Source: Lama guanicoe (lineage: Eukaryota). Taken from it: a stretch of DNA of 64,000 nt. How positions within the stretch are numbered: the first letter of the stretch is position 1; every line of letters begins with the position of its first letter. Positions 38,001 to 48,304 of the stretch are shown here, piece after piece. The DNA lies in assembly GCA_013239625.1 (NCBI GenBank), contig MU054466.1, positions 744,001 to 808,000 on the forward strand, written 5' to 3'. The notes under the pieces were generated by a model. That model did no database searches, had not been told where the DNA came from, and was given only the letters and a program-made list of their open reading frames with translations. The translations under genes were made by a program, and so were the position numbers.

Positions 38001-41000
38001 GAGGCCCCTGCCGCGGGGTAACGCCTACCAGCCAGCCGTGACACCTCCAGCCAGCCTCAGCCCCCCCACTCCTGGGAACCCACTCCCCGCAGCCGGCCTG
38101 GGCGCCCGAGGTATCAAGTGACACCCCTCCCACAGTGGGGTCTGGCTTCCCCTCCCAGGGCCCCGGGCTTCTGTCACCTGCTGGCTGGGTGGGAGCAGAT
38201 GGAGGAGGAAGAAAGCAGCTCACCTGTGGTGGGGTGGTGTACAGGCCCCGCCCTCCTGTCCCACACCACCTCTCAGAACTCAGAGCCAGCCGCCCAGGTG
38301 ATGAGTTCCACGTGGCCTCTGTGGTGGCTGCATCCAGACCAACCATACCTTGTCCCTGCGCTGTCCAATGTCTCTGTCCATCTGCTCTGGGTGGGAGCTT
38401 CAGTGTAACGGCCCCACCAGGGGTGGGTCCTATCCAGGTCCCAGCTGTTCAGATGCAGGACTAGGGTTGAGCTGGGACAAGAACCCAGCCCCAGCCCTCG
38501 TCCATGCATTCGACACGTTTGGGTGGCTGTGCGGGACGGCAGGGACGCCCGAGGAGGACCAGGCTCTGGGGCACGTGTGTTCTGGTGCACTGGGGGAGAG
38601 GACGGCCAGATAGCTGTCCGTGACCTCCACCTCCACCTCACTCAGCAGCTGCCGTCATTTTCATGGCTCAAAGGAAGGGTGTCAGGACTCACCAGGATTT
38701 GAGAGCCACTGTGCTGGCAGTGTCCCTGCTGCTCTGCACATCCAGCCCCCGCCTGGCCCTGGTTCCTGACACGGCTTCCTGCGTCTTCCGGGCGGGGCAG
38801 GTCCCCTGGAAGGATGTGCTCCTCTCTGCCCCCATCTCCCCTCACCTGGTGTGTCCTAGAGCTGGAGCCCAGGTGGCCGCCCCGTCCACATCTCAGGACC
38901 CAGACCCCAGGCCTTTCCTGCATCTCTCTGTTCTAGGATCCTGGGGAGGCGGACACGAGGCCAGCCTGAGGCCCCAGAGGGCCTTACCCTCGGTCACTGT
39001 CTCCCCCAGCAGTGAGACGCCAGCCTGGGCAGGCCGGGGGCGGCTGGGATGAGCTGGACAGCAGCCCCAGCTCTCAGAGCTCCTCCCAGGAGGACGGCGC
39101 CCTGGGCGGGGCCTCAGACTCCAGCAGTCGGTCGGGCAGCGACAGCCCCTCAGTTACCAGCCGGGCGCCCAGTGACCTGGCAGAAAGGTGAGCCTGGGCC
39201 CAGGGCAACCCCCCCATCCCAGCTCCAGGATCCCACCGGTCGGGGAGGCACCCTGCTCTGTCCTGACCTGCATGTCTCCTACAGGGTCGAGGCCATGACC
39301 CCGGGTGACTACCAGCAGGAGCTGAGCCTGGTCCGGGCTGTGACTCGGGGGCCGCTTCCCTTCTTGAGCCGAGNNNNNNNNNNNNNNNNNNNNNNNNNNN
39401 NNNCTGCACCCCCCGCCCTTGCCCCAGCTCTGCGCCCCCACCTGGCCCCTGTCCCACTGCCCAGGTGCCCCCGTGCAGGTGTGGACTCCTCAACTGTGAG
39501 GCTGTGCTGGAGCTGCTGATCCGCCACCTGGGCGGGACTGGCGAGCACGAGCAGATGGTGAGGGCGGCCGCCGCGGGGCGGGGGGTGTCCTGCCCTGGAG
39601 ACAGGTGGGGGGTGAGCACAGGACTCCCGTGAGGGCCCTTGCTGACCGCAGGCCTGCCCCGCAGAGAGCCCTGGGGGCCATCGCCTCCCTCGGCTGCAGT
39701 GACCTGCTCTCCCAGGAGCGCGTCCTGCTGCTCGCCCGGCCGCGGCTGCAGGAGCTCAGTACGGGCCGCCCCGGACCCGTGACCAACAAGGCCACCAAGG
39801 TGAGTGGCGGAGCGCCGCCCCCGCCCCGATCCCCAGCCCCCAGGCCCCCGCGCCGCTCACAGACCCTCCCTTTCCTGCCTGCTGCCCCTGGAGCAGCAGT
39901 TGGGGGCCTGGTGTCTTCCCATTCCTGGGACCCCACGCTTGCCCTCCCCGCTGCCTAGCAGCTCTGTCCTTTGGGCAACACCGTCCCCCTCATGACTCAT
40001 CTTACACACGGCTTCCTGCAGGAAGCCCTCCTTGGCTGCTTGGATGGATCTATTCCTCTGTTCTCCGCTGTGTCACAGCTCATGGGTCTGAGCTCTGCTT
40101 CCAGGTCCCCAGCTCCTGGAAGACGGAAGTGGCTCTGTGTGTCTGAGTTCTCTTTCCGCTGACAAGTGTTGGGGAGCAGCCCAGGATCTTCCTCGGGGCC
40201 TCTAGGCAGCAGCCAGGCCCTGGCCCCTTCACCCGCTGTTGGCTTCCCGTTTCCTCTGTGGTGGCTGAAAATTCAGCTCCTTAGTCACCTGTCCCTAACT
40301 GTCCTCCCCAGCGCTGCTGCTCCCCAGGGTGGGACTACAGGAGAACGGGTGGGAGCAGCTGGCCGGCCCTCCCCTGCTCTGGGCGGCGGCACTGAGGCAG
40401 GCACTGGTGCGGGGAGGGCCAAGCCGTCCGCGATTCCTGCGGAGCACAGAAGCCTCACCGATGCCCCTTTTCTTCCCTCATCCAGATCCTGAAACACTTT
40501 TTTTTTAACATTTGTTATTGATTTATAATCATTTTACAGTGTTGTGTCAAATTGCAGTGCTCAGCACAATTTTTCAGTCATTCATGGACATACACACACT
40601 CATTGTCACATTTTTTTCTCTGTGATTTATCATAACATTCTGTGTATATTTCCCTGTGCTATACAGTGTAATCTTGTTTATCTATTCTACAATTTTGAAA
40701 TCCCAGTCTATCCCTTCCCACCCTCTGCCCCCCTGGTAACCACAAGTCTGTATTCTCTGTCCATGAGTCTATTTCTGTCCTGTATAGATCCTGAGACACT
40801 TTGAAGCCTCCTGCCGACAGTGGCCTCCTGCCCGGAAGCCCCCAGCTGAGCCTGGCCCCACAGCTGCACATGTGGGCCCATCAGACCTGCTGACCGATGC
40901 CCTGCCTTTAGCCGGGGACCAGGCCTTCCTGCAGCCTCTGAGTTCAGCTCTGTTCACACCCAGGAGCACTGCTCCCCCATCAGGGCTGCATCCTGGCCCT

Positions 41001-41339
41001 GTGTCTCCCACCCCCCTGGACAGCTGCCTGCTTCCAGCCCCTGGGGATGCTGTGGAGGCTGAAACCAGACTGGCAGCTTCCACAGAGCAGGGGCCTGGAT
41101 CTGAGCGGGGCCCAGTGGGCATGGACACCCGACAGTGGGGGCCAGAGCTGGGCCCGGGCCCCAGCGGCAGCTCCCACTCCTTATTTGCTGGCATGGAGCT
41201 GGTGGCCTGTCCCCGCCTGGTGGGGGCCGGGCCTGCTGTGGGGGAGCCCTGCCAGGCCCCCTGGATGTCGTCTCAGAGGATGGCAGCCAAAGAACCGTCT
41301 GGCTCGGAGCCGTCGGCTTTCGCCTTCTTAAACTCGTGA
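31976..41339 (+). CDS. TEPSIN: TEPSIN (ENTHD2), AP-4 accessory protein, ~595 aa: join(31976-32023,33855-33927,34178-34269,34414-34507,36583-36650,36824-36902,37029-37100,37907-38110,39010-39187,39285-~39398(gap),39479-39557,39665-39799,40788-41339)
   Basis: MAATPQLRDRLSFLHR|LPILLKGTADDDVPCPGYLFEEIAK ENTH domain; GGWDELD; VHS-like domain; C-terminal SLFAGMELV and SAFAFLNS AP-4 ear-binding motifs; phases consistent. Confidence 0.95.
32145..32290 (+). repeat. C/T-rich low-complexity tract (CCCTCC-type)
   Basis: repeated ccctcc/cctccgac units just downstream of TEPSIN exon 1. Confidence 0.65.
32481..33000 (-). mobile_element. Candidate solo ERV LTR in TEPSIN intron 1
   Basis: 520 bp, inverted termini TGAACT...AGTTCA, AATAAA on minus strand (~32538-32543), lower GC than flanks; TSD not clean. 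Confidence 0.4.
33855..33927 (+). CDS. TEPSIN: TEPSIN exon 2
   Basis: tttcAG|; followed by U12-type donor GTATCCTT. Confidence 0.92.
33928..34177 (+). other. U12-type (minor spliceosome) GT-AG intron, TEPSIN intron 2
   Basis: 5'ss GTATCCTT; branch TTCCCTAAC 34154-34162, ~16 nt before CAG; no long polypyrimidine tract. Confidence 0.88.
34178..34269 (+). CDS. TEPSIN: TEPSIN exon 3 (KISHESLGSSQCLLEYLLSRL...KLK)
   Basis: cAG|...AAG|GTgagt. Confidence 0.92.
34414..34507 (+). CDS. TEPSIN: TEPSIN exon 4 (VLKIMLHLCSHG...QEAA)
   Basis: cAG|...CAG|GTacgg. Confidence 0.92.
36583..36650 (+). CDS. TEPSIN: TEPSIN exon 5 (VFTGPPDPLHGNSLYQRVRAAAQ)
   Basis: tgcAG|...CAG|GTgagc. Confidence 0.92.
36824..36902 (+). 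CDS. TEPSIN: TEPSIN exon 6 (DLGAALFSD...PPA)
   Basis: cAG|...CAG|GTatgc. Confidence 0.9.
37029..37100 (+). CDS. TEPSIN: TEPSIN exon 7 (GMGSQSRPQSALQGFGYSKERGHT)
   Basis: cAG|...CAG|GTgagt. Confidence 0.9.
37907..38110 (+). CDS. TEPSIN: TEPSIN exon 8 (GSAGEAFLSTIQKAAEVVASA...), symmetric 204-nt probable cassette exon
   Basis: tgcAG|...GAG|GTatca; phase 1-1. Confidence 0.85.
39010..39187 (+). CDS. TEPSIN: TEPSIN exon 9 (AVRRQPGQAGGGWDELD...)
   Basis: cAG|CAG tandem acceptor; AG|GTgagc. Confidence 0.9.
39285..39373 (+). CDS. TEPSIN: TEPSIN exon 10, 3' end lost in assembly gap
   Basis: tacAG|G GTC GAG GCC ATG...TTG AGC CGA G, then N run. Confidence 0.85.
39374..39403. other. Assembly gap (30 N)
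   Basis: run of n. Confidence 0.99.
39479..39557 (+). CDS. TEPSIN: TEPSIN exon 11 (CGLLNCEAVLELL...EQM)
   Basis: tgcAG|...ATG|GTgagg. Confidence 0.9.
39665..39799 (+). CDS. TEPSIN: TEPSIN exon 12 (RALGAIASLG...NKATK)
   Basis: gcAG|...AAG|GTgagt. Confidence 0.92.
40501..40785 (-). mobile_element. 5'-truncated L1 3' end, antisense, with 17-bp TSD (40484-40500 / 40786-40802) duplicating the TEPSIN last-exon acceptor
   Basis: T-run, then typical artiodactyl L1 3'UTR antisense (..ttccctgtgctatacag..tctatcccttcccacc..ggtaaccacaagtctgtattctctgt..); flanks AGATCCTGAAACACTTT / AGATCCTGAGACACTTT; AT-rich island in GC-rich DNA. Confidence 0.9.
40788..41339 (+). CDS. TEPSIN: TEPSIN terminal exon 13 (ILRHFEASC...SLFAGMELV...SAFAFLNS*)
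   Basis: tgtatAG|ATC CTG AGA CAC TTT GAA; in frame with ORF 40872-41339. Confidence 0.88.
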   Translation: MLRHFEASCRQWPPARKPPAEPGPTAAHVGPSDLLTDALPLAGDQAFLQPLSSALFTPRSTAPPSGLHPGPVSPTPLDSCLLPAPGDAVEAETRLAASTEQGPGSERGPVGMDTRQWGPELGPGPSGSSHSLFAGMELVACPRLVGAGPAVGEPCQAPWMSSQRMAAKEPSGSEPSAFAFLNS

Positions 41340-41580
41340 CCTCGTCAGCCTGGGCCACCAGCAGAGTCCCTGGCCCATGCTCCCAGGACCCCCCAACTTT
41401 GTCCTGTCCCCAGTGCCTACAGCCCCCATGTCCCATCAAAGAGTGGTTCCCCTCAGGGGTCTGCGGTCAGCCTCGCCCTCCCCCTGGCCTCTTCCCCTTG
41501 CCCACTGAGGCCTTGGTGCAGGCAGGCAGCCAGCCAGGCAGGCTCAGTGGACGGCCCATCCCGTGATGAGACCAGCCACC

Positions 41581-41586
41581 AATAAA
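41581..41586 (+). terminator. TEPSIN poly(A) signal AATAAA
   Basis: canonical hexamer ~240 nt after the stop. Confidence 0.8.
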
Positions 41587-42606
41587 ACCCAGGTGATAAC
41601 TTCAGGAGTCCACGAACCCAGCAGATTCAGGCCAGCACTGCGGGAAGGGGTCGTCCTTGCCCATGGGGGCCTGCTCCCCAACCTTGCGTCAGAGGCAGGT
41701 TCCCTGTTTTTCTTCTGGTGGGGCAGGACCCCCTACAGCCTGCCCTGTGGATTTGGTGACCAGGGAGCAGCCCTGAGTGCCCGCAGGACGGGCACAGAAC
41801 GAGGAGCTGAATGCTCGCTGAGACTGGCAGCCCTGCCTCCTGCCTCACGGCCGTCTGGTCTGGCAGGATGAGCATACTGTCCATCTTTCCATCTGCCAAA
41901 GGGATCAGAAGGGAGGGCAGAGGGGCAGATGGCTTGGCGTGGCCTGCCTGGAGGGCACGGGAGCAGAGGCCTGGTGACCTAGCTGAGACGTGACGCCCCT
42001 TGGACCTGCCCCAAGTCCCTGGGGTCCACACAGGCATGCAGAGCAGGGCACCAGATGAAGGCGGGGAGGGCCTGCCTGCAGACGGGGCCCAGCCTCCCCC
42101 CCCCCCCCGGCAACAGGCAACGGTCCAGGGAGGACCCCAGAGCCACCTCGGCCACCCCCACCCCGACCTGTCTCCTTTGTCAGGGGCCGGCTGCCTGGGC
42201 TTGGATCCCCACAGCAGTGGCTGGCAGGACCTTGCTAGTGCTCCCCGCGGGCCCCCGGGGGAGGCCCCTGCCCGCCTTCCCTCAGGAACAAGGATTGTTG
42301 TGGGTTTGGAACCACTGCTCGGGTCTTGGTTTGTTTTTGAGCTCAGATTCCTCCCTCAGCAAGGAGTGGGGTGGGCTGGGTCCTAGGCAGCATGGCACCT
42401 TATCTTCATCAGTCTGGGGCCCTTTCCAGCACCAGGTCCCTATGTGGCCCGTGCCAGCTTCCTTTGCCATGACCGTGGCCTCCAGACCGCACGGCACCTT
42501 GGATGAGAGCTCTGGTTCCTCTTGGAAGAGCCGGGGATGATCTGGGGTCACACCTCCTAGATAAACACTGCTTTTAATACAAAGCTGTGCCGTTTGCTTT
42601 TTCCTT

Positions 42607-42632
42607 GAGAGAGAGTGTGTGTGTGTGTGTGT
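42607..42632 (+). repeat. (GA)n(GT)n microsatellite
   Basis: gagagagagtgtgtgtgtgtgtgtgt. Confidence 0.85.
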
Positions 42633-42804
42633 ACGGGCACTCAGGAGGGGCACATGTAGGGGCTTCTAAAACAGGCAGGTGTCTTTTCCTCCTTAAATGT
42701 TTGAGGACTCCCCAGGGGGACTGTCTGATCCTTTTTTTTTTAATTGAAGTGTAGTTGATTTACAATGTGGTATTAATGTCCAATATTGGTCCTGTGATTT
42801 TCTT

Positions 42805-42938
42805 TTTTAAATTTTTTTTCCAGTTTTGAGGGGGAGGTAATTACGTTTATTTATTTACTTTAACAGAGGAACTGGGGACTGAACCCAGGACCTGGTGCCT
42901 GCAACATGTGCGCTCTACCACTGAGCCCTCCCCTCCCC
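42805..42938 (-). mobile_element. tRNA-derived SINE (Vic-1-like), antisense, with ~17-bp degenerate TSD
   Basis: reverse strand GGGGAGGG..GCTCAGTGGTAGAGCGCA..CCTGGGTTCAGTCCCCAG; flanks ggtcctgtgattttctt / ggccctgtggttttctt. Confidence 0.8.
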
Positions 42939-42949
42939 TGGCCCTGTGG

Positions 42950-43690
42950 TTTTCTTAATTGCATGGTTTTTAACTATGGAATTCAATTCCTTATGTAGAT
43001 TTAGGGCCATTTGGGTTATCTCTTTCTTCATAAGTGAGTTGTAGCAGTTTGTGTCTTTCAGGGAATTGGTCCCTTGCAGACATGGCCATGGGGTCTCTAG
43101 CCTGCCTTCACTGTCAGCTTGTGCAGAGTCCCGTATGTCACTTCTGATGCTGATCATTTCCCCCTTTCTTGGCCAGTCTGATTAGAGGTTTATTAATACT
43201 ATTGATCTTTTCAAGGAAATGCCTGGACTTTTATTTTTTCCGCTGGTTTTTGAGTTTTCTATTTCATTGATTTCTATTCTTTATTATTTCCTTCCTTCTG
43301 CTTTGGGTTTAGTTTTCTTCTTCTAGTTTCTTAAAGGTGGAGACTTAAGATTATTGATTTGAGACCTTCTTTTCTAATATGATAAAAATTCAAATGCTAT
43401 ACATTTTCCTCTAGACACTGCTTTAGCTGCATCCCATGAATTTTGATACATTTTTATTTTTATTCAGTTCAAAATGTTTTCTGATTTCCTTTAAGAGATC
43501 CTTGTGGTGTAATGGCTGATTTAGAAATGCGTTTTTCTATTATTACTATTTTTGTTCTGATACAGTAAGAGAACATATTTTGTATGACTTCAATTATATT
43601 TTTAAAAATTTCAAACTTTTGTTAAAAGTTTGTTTAGTTGCCCACAATATAGTTTATCTTGGTGAATGTTCCATGTGCACTTGGTCTAGA
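42950..43690 (-). mobile_element. Old L1 ORF2 fragment, antisense
   Basis: AT-rich L1 motifs (cactgctttagctgcatccca, gtgaatgttccatgtgcacttg). Confidence 0.8.
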
Positions 43691-44830
43691 AAACTGCAGG
43701 CCAGTCTCCTTCATGAACATAGGTGAAAAAAACATCCTCAACCAAACATTAGCAAACAAATCCAGAAGCACACGAAAAGAGTGATACATCAAGATAAGTG
43801 GAGCTTTTCCTGGGGATAGAAGGCTGAGTCAGCATCTGAAAGTCAGTGCAATTCACCACATCAACATACTAACGGAAGAACCACCACCTCACTTTGAATG
43901 AGGCAGCTAAGAGAACGCAGAGGCAAACCACAGACTGGGAGGAGGTGTTTGCCACTCACAGATCTCAGGGAGGACCTGTATCAAGAACGTGTAGGGAACA
44001 CTCAAAACTCAACAAAACAAAACCCCCTGTTTGCAAAGTGGGCAAAAGTCTTGGACAGAGACTTCGCCAAAGGAGGTATGTGGGTGTAGGGCAGAGAAGC
44101 GCACGAGTAGATTCTTGGCATTATTAGGGAAATGTCACTGAACACCATACAGGGACCACTGCGCACATATTAGAATTACTTTAATAATAATTTAAAACTA
44201 ATACCAGTGTGAGGGCAACAGAGAGCAGTCAGAACTCACATTGCTGGTGGGGATGTAAGAAGACACACCTTTGGAAAAGTCTGGAAGTTTCTTATAAAGT
44301 TAGACATACACCTACTATGCAATCCAGCAGCTTCCTCCTAAGCATCTACCCAAGGGACGTGAAAACTTAGGTTCACACCAAAGCCTGAAGGTGAATGTTT
44401 ACAGCAGTTTCATTCACAATTGCCCCACACTGGAAACAACAGCATGTCCGTGGGTTGAGGAGTCAAAAGTGTGGTTCACCCTTTTCACCACCAAAAGTGC
44501 GGTGGAATACTAGTCAGCCGTGAAGACGAACACGGATGCCTCTCACACTGACGGAAGCCAGGCCCCAAATGCTACATGTAGGATTCCATTTCTGTGATGA
44601 CTGTAAAAAGGGAACACCATAGTGACAGAAAACAGGTTAGTGGTGGCTGGGGCCCGGGATGGGGAGGGTTCGGCTTCAAAGAGTCAGCCCCAGGTTTGGG
44701 GAGGGGAGTGTTCTGTGCCTTGTTTGTGGTGGTGGTAACATAGCTGTATCACTTCTCAAAACTTGGCTGTACGCCCCCAAAGTGTGGTTTTTATTGTATG
44801 CACATTTTTAAGGTTTTAATTTTAAAAAGT
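43690..44830 (+). mobile_element. Old L1 (L1M-type) ORF2/3'UTR fragments, sense
   Basis: ccacagactgggagg, ttgctggtgggg, agttagacatacacctac, 3'UTR-like end with ttttattgtatgc. Confidence 0.8.
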
Positions 44831-44899
44831 AGTTGATTTTTAAAAGTGGGGCAAAGACCAGCAACGAGCTATTACTTCGAAGGGAAAGATGAGACTCTT

Positions 44900-46080
44900 T
44901 GCTGGTGGGACCAGAAGCCGCATGGCGGAGGGGCGGCTTTCCCCGTGAGAGGGGTGCCGACGGCGGAATCCAGCGGAGGGGCGCGGGGCTGGGCGCGCCG
45001 GGCCCACGGGCCGGCTGCGGAGGACGCGCAGCGCAGGCGTGGGACACGCGGGGCGCCACGGAGGGAGCCCTGCCGGTGGGGCCTGTGGTCTGGACGCCGG
45101 TTACAAAAGGAGGCAACCCCAAAGCCCTGGGGGCGGGGTGGAGGTCCGGAAACTTCGGAGCAGGCAGAAAGAAAGACGGAAGGCACTGTCGAGAGAAAGA
45201 ACGGAGACAGGAGCAAGGGCGACCCACCGCGCGGCCTCGGGCGGGAGGAGGGCGCCGGGCGCGGGGCCGGGGCGGTGTCAGGGCTGCCCGGGGAAGGCGC
45301 TCCCCGCCAGCGCGCAGCTTCGCGTCTCCGCCAGGCGGGCCTCCCTGGGACTCACAGGCCCGGACCCCAGCACGGAGCCTCCAGCGGGCAGCGAGACCCA
45401 CGTGCCCAGACAGGCCTTGGCAAGGACGGAGCCCGGAGCCCCGCGGGCGCCCCACAGGCAGGCTGAGCCCTGCGGAAGAGGTGCGGGGCCGCAGCGCGCG
45501 CCCCGCCCCTTCCTCCTCCTTCCCACCCTCTCCCAGAGGCTCCTCCTGGGACCCGCCCCCGCATCAGCCAGACCCCGCCTCCTCCAGCCACGTCCAATCA
45601 GCAGCCCGCCTCCGCCACGGTCCCCTGCTCTCCGCGGCTCCTCCCACGCCTAAACTTCCCGAAGGACGGCCGAGCGGCCCAATGAGCTCCCGGGACGCCC
45701 GGAGCGGGCCCCCGGGGCGCCAATCCGGAAGCGGCGTGGGCAGGAAAGGCGGGCCTCCGTGACGGACGGGGAGGAGGTGCCAGGCTGTTTTCTGGTTGCT
45801 AGCTGCCGCCGCTCCCCCAGCCGCCAGGACGCTTCATTGTCACCGAGCCTCGGAGTTAGCGCCGGGGCCGGGGGCGCAAGGTCGCTGCCCGAGGCCTCGG
45901 CCCCGCGCGATCCAGCTTGAAGGGCCCCGCGCACCTCTCGCCGTTCGGTCCCGCAGGCCCTGCGTCCCAGGCCCGACCCGTGCAGGTGAGCGGGTCCCTG
46001 CGCAGGTGGCGTGGCCCGTGCAGGTGAAGGGGCTGCTGGGCCCGCTCAGGGACGGGCATGCCGGGCTGCGCAGGTGAGAT
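44900..46080 (+). promoter_or_regulatory. CpG island / promoter and non-coding exon 1 of CEP131
   Basis: CpG-dense; CCAAT at 45594, 45679, 45720; GC boxes; CCGGAAG 45725; RFX-like half site GTTGCTAG 45795; first strong donor CAG|GTGAGC at 45985/6. Confidence 0.8.
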
Positions 46081-46859
46081 GAGCCGTGTAGGTGAGTGGG
46101 GCCTTGTGCTGTTGAGGGGGTCCCTGCTCAGGTGAGGTGGTCCCCGGCCCTCCCACGTGGGGAGGCCAGCGCAGGTGTGGGTGCCTGGCACTCGCACAGT
46201 GAGGGGTTTTACGCTGGTAACGGAGGTCCCTGCACAGGTGAGGATGTCCGGGGTCTGCTCAGATGAGGGAGAAGGTGTAGGTGCCCCCGCACAGGGCCGG
46301 GGAGCTTCTCATGCCTTCCCCAGAGGATGGTGTGGATTCTAGTCAGCAGTCTCATCTCACCACCTTGAAACAAACCCCAGGGAGATGAGCAGCTTCCAGA
46401 CAGAGACGCTGCATGGGGCCCTGAGTCAGCCCATTCTGGGGGGCCCAGGCAGCAGCTCCGGACACCCACCTTCAGGTCCTGGGAGGGACACCTCTGCGTA
46501 CAAGGTGAGGTCCGGCCTGGAGGTTTCCACGGAGAGGTTGTGTTTGCCGTCCCAGAGCCCCGCACACTCCTCGCATGGGCCAGCCTGGGTGCAGCTGGAC
46601 GTGGCTGGACCCTCTCCTGAGGAGAGGAGGGGGTTAAATTCCACCCACACGACCGGAAACGCATAACTGAGGACACCGGCCTGGTGAGTGGCAGGGACAG
46701 CCTCTGCCCTCGCTCTAGAGAGTGGGGGCTCTGTGGGTGTCGGGGCTGAAGGAGACTGCAGCCCTGAGCTCAGGTGACGATGGTGTGTGCCCACTGGCCC
46801 AGCAGAGCTCTCGGTGGCACGGAGGGCTACGCTCATTCCTCTCTGGTCACCCCTGGTGC

Positions 46860-47740
46860 CGGTGCATCCACTCCTGTTCCTTGAGCACCAGCCGCATGCC
46901 AGCTGCTGGGCTGCATGGTCCCTGTCCTCGTGGGGCTGACATTCAGATGGTGCACACACCAACCTGTGTGGGCAGGTGGCCAGGTGAAGAAAGATGAAGC
47001 GGGATGAGGGCGTGAAGAGTAACAGGGACAGGCAGGCCTCTGAGTGAAGGGGACATCCTGGGAAGGGTCCCAAGCAGATCAAGGGGGGGCCAAGCGAGGA
47101 GGTCACAGAGACCAGGGTCAGGTCCGAGCGGTGAGGCACATGGGCTTTACCTGGGAGCCCTTGGAGGGTGTCCAGCAGGTGCGCAGCCCGCCCTGAGACC
47201 CGGTTCAGAGGTCAGCTCTGGGTGCCACGTGGGGAGGGGCTGGGCCGGCTGGGGAGGGCCGGAGGGGGGGCGGCTGTGGTTGTCCAGGTTTGAGGAGATG
47301 CTGGGGGCTTGTGGAGGGGAGGGACTGACGGTAGAGGACTCTGGCCTGGTTGCTGAGGGGAAGGTGTTGGGATGAGAGCTGGGTCTTTGGCCTGGGATCC
47401 CGGCTGGGGAGGGGCAGCTGGAGGTAGCAGTCAGGAGTCTGGGTCTGAGGTGTGGAGAGCTCCGAGGTCATCTCAGCTGGGAGTGAGGAGACACAGGGGG
47501 CGGGAGGTATGCCCTTGGGAACCGTTGGCCCATGGATGGTGTTTGAAGCTGGAGGCGGTGCCCCAGGGTGGAGCGGTCGGTTGGGCCAGTGAGGGGCCCT
47601 GGGAAGGCAGCCGCTCTAGGTGGGGAGGAGGGGAGCCCTGACATGAGAGCCGATGCTCCTACCGGAAGGCTGTGGATGTTCCGGGAGTCCTGAGGGATTG
47701 GAGGGGGCTCTGTAGCCGGATAAGTTTGGAGGCCAAGTCC
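46860..47740. mobile_element. Degraded L2-like fragments
   Basis: ttgagcacc..tgccag..ggtccctgtcctcgtggggctgacattc; purine-rich L2-like body; approximate. Confidence 0.45.
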
Positions 47741-47833
47741 CAGTTAGAACGTCGCCTGCTGGGGCTCACCACGCGCCAGCCCCACGGCCGTCTTGTCTGA
47801 GCCTCGTGATAACCCGTGAGGAGGCACCTTCTT

Positions 47834-47958
47834 TAGGGGGCGGGGTGGATATTAGGTTTATTTATTTATTTGTTTGTTTTTGGAGGGGGCACTGGGATTG
47901 AACCCAGGGCCCTGTGCACGCTAAGCACTCGCTCTGCCGCTTGAGCTACACCCCCGCC
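47834..47958 (-). mobile_element. tRNA-derived SINE (Vic-1-like), antisense, 14-bp TSD, nested in a MIR-like sequence
   Basis: reverse strand GGGGGTGTAGCTCAAGCGGCAGAG..CCTGGGTTCAATCCCAG; TSD GGAGGCACCTTCTT at 47820-47833 and 47961-47974. Confidence 0.85.
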
Positions 47959-48304
47959 ATGGAGGCACCTTCTTAAATGCCCATTCCGCAGATGCGGAGC
48001 GCGAGGCCCGGGCTGGCGTGGTGCCTGTCACAGGGGTGGGGGCTCACAGCCACGACTGCAGGGCAGGGCAGCCTCCCAGGCGGGTGGGGGGGTCTTCTGG
48101 AGCCCAGGAGGCTCTCCTCTTGCAGCTCACGCTCAGGGTCCCAACAAGGAGACGGCCACCCAGAGAACAGGGTGGAGAGCTTGGTGGCCGCAGACCCAGG
48201 TGCCCTGAGCCCCTGAGGCCCAGTTGAAGGTGGTGGGTGCAGGGCCCGGTTCCTCGGAGGGCGTCTCCTTACTCCCTTTCTCCTCTCAGGGCTTGCCTGG
48301 CCAC

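Noticed and set aside
38111-38120. GTATCAAG donor as a second U12 intron
   Set aside because: It lacks CTT at +6 to +8, and there is no U12 branch consensus before 39009.
47880-47958. tRNA-like A/B boxes (also ~2600-2666 and ~42870-42938)
   Set aside because: AT-rich tails, TSDs and degeneracy indicate tRNA-derived SINEs, not tRNA genes.
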